Shown here piece by piece: positions 61,892 through 64,000 of a DNA stretch of 64,000 nt. The DNA comes from Eremomyces bilateralis CBS 781.70 (lineage: Eukaryota). The stretch's first letter is position 1; the number at the start of each line of letters is the position of its first letter. Below the pieces are notes generated by a model. That model was not told the origin of the DNA, searched no databases, and saw only the letters and a list, made by a program, of their open reading frames with translations. The DNA lies in the NCBI GenBank assembly GCA_010015585.1, contig ML975151.1; one strand, given 5' to 3'. Both the position numbers and the translations under genes were made by a program.

Positions 61892-63999
61892 TCAATCATC
61901 CGTCCCGGACTTCAACAACGCTAGCATTGTCTCGTCCTCCGTCTCCGCCGCCCGATCGGCCGGAGTCCTACCCATGTTATCTTTCAATGTGGGATCCGCC
62001 CCACAGCTCAGGAGAAATCGGACCATGCCGACCGAACCGGCACCAGAAACCCAGTGCAAGGCAGTGCATCCTTCCTCGTTCTGTGCGTTCACGTCCGCCT
62101 TTAGCCCGTTATTCCCTTGAAGAAGCATTTCGATGACGGCCGCATGTGAGGGCAGTTCCGCATCCTCGTCGACGGAGTCGGCCTTGTCCTCTCTGCGAGG
62201 CGGGGAGCGTGCCCGGACTGGCAACGCGACTGTATCCTGCTTGGGGTCCACGCTCTCGTCTTCGAGTCTGGGGCCATCTTTCCCGCCATATTCATGCAGC
62301 GTTTCCCCACGGAACGGATCCTGATTGTGGAAATGGGGCATGCCTGGGGACGATTCATGGCCGTCGACGACTGTGGCATCGTCCAGTTCTTTATCCTTGA
62401 GCTCGTCGTAATGTATGTTCTCGATCTCCGCATGACCTCCCCATGACGCCCAGTGAAGGGCACTGCTACCACTCGCGTCCACTCCACTGGGATCGGCGCC
62501 AACATCTAGCAGATTCTCCGCAAGCTCCACATGGCCGCCTTCCGCTGCCCCCGCGAGCGTCTCCGCCAGTCGCCGAAGGTGCTTCTGCTCTGCCTCGGGG
62601 TCGTTTGCCGCCCTGTCCGCGTCTCGTGCCTCAGCCAGCATGGCCAGCACGCCATCCGAATTGCCGAGTTTCGCAGCGTGGCGCAACGTGTACGTCTCGA
62701 CGAGGCTTTCGGCCGTGCCGCTGTTCCTCAGGAGGATCCGAGAGATGGTATCGTGGCCCTGTGACATGGCGTAGATCGCGACATCCCACCCATCATAGTC
62801 TCTCGCGGATGCATTGGCGCCTTTCTTGAGCATGCGCAGGAAGAGCTTTTCATTCCCGGTCCATGCCGCTGCATGGAGGGCGGTGGTACCGGCAGCGTCC
62901 CGCCCTTCGATGTTCGCGCCGTTAGAAAGCAGGAAAAGCACAGCATCCAGATGTCCGAAATAGACGGCGAAATGAATCGGAGGCGCTCCTATCCAATCCC
63001 ATCCTACGCCCGTTAGTTCATCAAGCTAATCGTAATATACAGGATTTACGAACCGGTTCTGTCGTGCCGAAACAGCTCATTCCCCGGAGACGGTTTCCAG
63101 TGCTCGTCTAAGTCAACGTCGTCATCCTCAGAGACAAGATCATCAAGGGTCGCGGTATCACCCGACGCAGCTGCACGATGTGTAGGCGGGAGCGCTTGGA
63201 GAAAAGCATCGAACTCAGGGTCAGTTGACGCCCACCGCGCGTCAATGGAGATTCGCCTAATAACCGGCCGCTGATAATGGACTCGCCGGAATGGGTGCAT
63301 GTATTCATCCGGAGGAAGAGTTGAACTCCGCCGTATAGAATTCTTCTTTGGATCCGAAGATTCGGGGTTCGATGACTTCCGATCGCGAGGGATACTACCC
63401 GCCGAACGAACCTTTGGTGGTGGCTTGGGTCGCTGGCGCAGATCTTTCCAGAAGTATCGCACACGGTCTTGGTTTTCGACTTTGTACCGCAGAGAGCAAT
63501 GTTTGCATTTCCGTTCGTCGGGATGCACTCCGGTCATCGTGTTCATAGACATGCACCGTGGGCATTGCTTCTCGTTATTCGACGGGGGGTGCTTCATGAG
63601 GAAGCTTAGTCCGATTCTCTTCCCGGGTTGGAACGTTTCGCTCCATCGGTCCAAGGGGACTAGCTCTCCGCCCCGGTCTTCATCCGACACGACGTATTTC
63701 CCACTCTCGACCTTCTCGTAACCCGGGCCGCCTTTATGCATGAGCAACAGAACATCTCTGAATACTTCAGGCGTCGCTGTCAGCATTAGAGGAAGGAAGT
63801 TCTGTCGTCCGAGGGCATCGTCCAAGATGATTGCCTCGGGTCCAAACCCAAACGCCATGTCTTGCGGTCCTCGCTCCCAAATCATCTCTAACTTGAACAA
63901 AGCCTCTTGCATTTGAAATTTGACATCATTGATCCCAACCTCGACTGTATCGAAGCCATTCGTTAGAAGTTTGCGGTTGTCGTCCATTGAACTGGTCAT
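61892..63999 (-). CDS. Ankyrin-repeat protein with upstream ubiquitin-like-type domain and CxxC motifs (5' end probably outside the window)
   Basis: Ankyrin motifs GTTALHAAA, GSSALHWAS and GCTALHWVS. Upstream segment IILDDALGR...GPGYEKVESGKY...PGKRIGLSF...CPRC...CKHC. Intron near 63049-63004. Confidence 0.85.
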
Positions 64000-64000
64000 G

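Overview
Eukaryotic genomic DNA from a filamentous ascomycete (Pezizomycotina-type gene content, short GT-AG introns with CTRAY branch points). Exon boundaries were read by hand and family calls come from motif recognition, not database searches. Conserved genes: ARP2, LAG1/LAC1-type ceramide synthase, glutathione-dependent formaldehyde dehydrogenase, a SUN-family glucanase, MHR1/mL67, UVRAG/VPS38, PCC1, a DUF202 protein, DBP5, BZZ1, a JlbA/IDI-4-like bZIP factor and an AsaB/CmcJ-like enzyme. Accessory material: two HET-domain remnants, a truncated Tc1/mariner transposase, an HNH-nuclease gene, a frameshifted bacterial-type DUF3303 gene, an NB-ARC/TPR NLR lying head-to-head with a putative effector, a cluster of three small uncharacterised genes and a partial ankyrin gene at the right edge. 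The strongest leads are: (i) a tandemly duplicated, synonymously diverged last exon at 59491-59598; (ii) the divergent NLR/effector pair at 49891-56811; (iii) the bZIP gene with a 106-codon CUG-led in-frame extension, an ATF4-like uORF layout and nearby ATGANTCAT sites; (iv) a signal-anchored atypical kinase. No rRNA, tRNA or CRISPR array was recognised.
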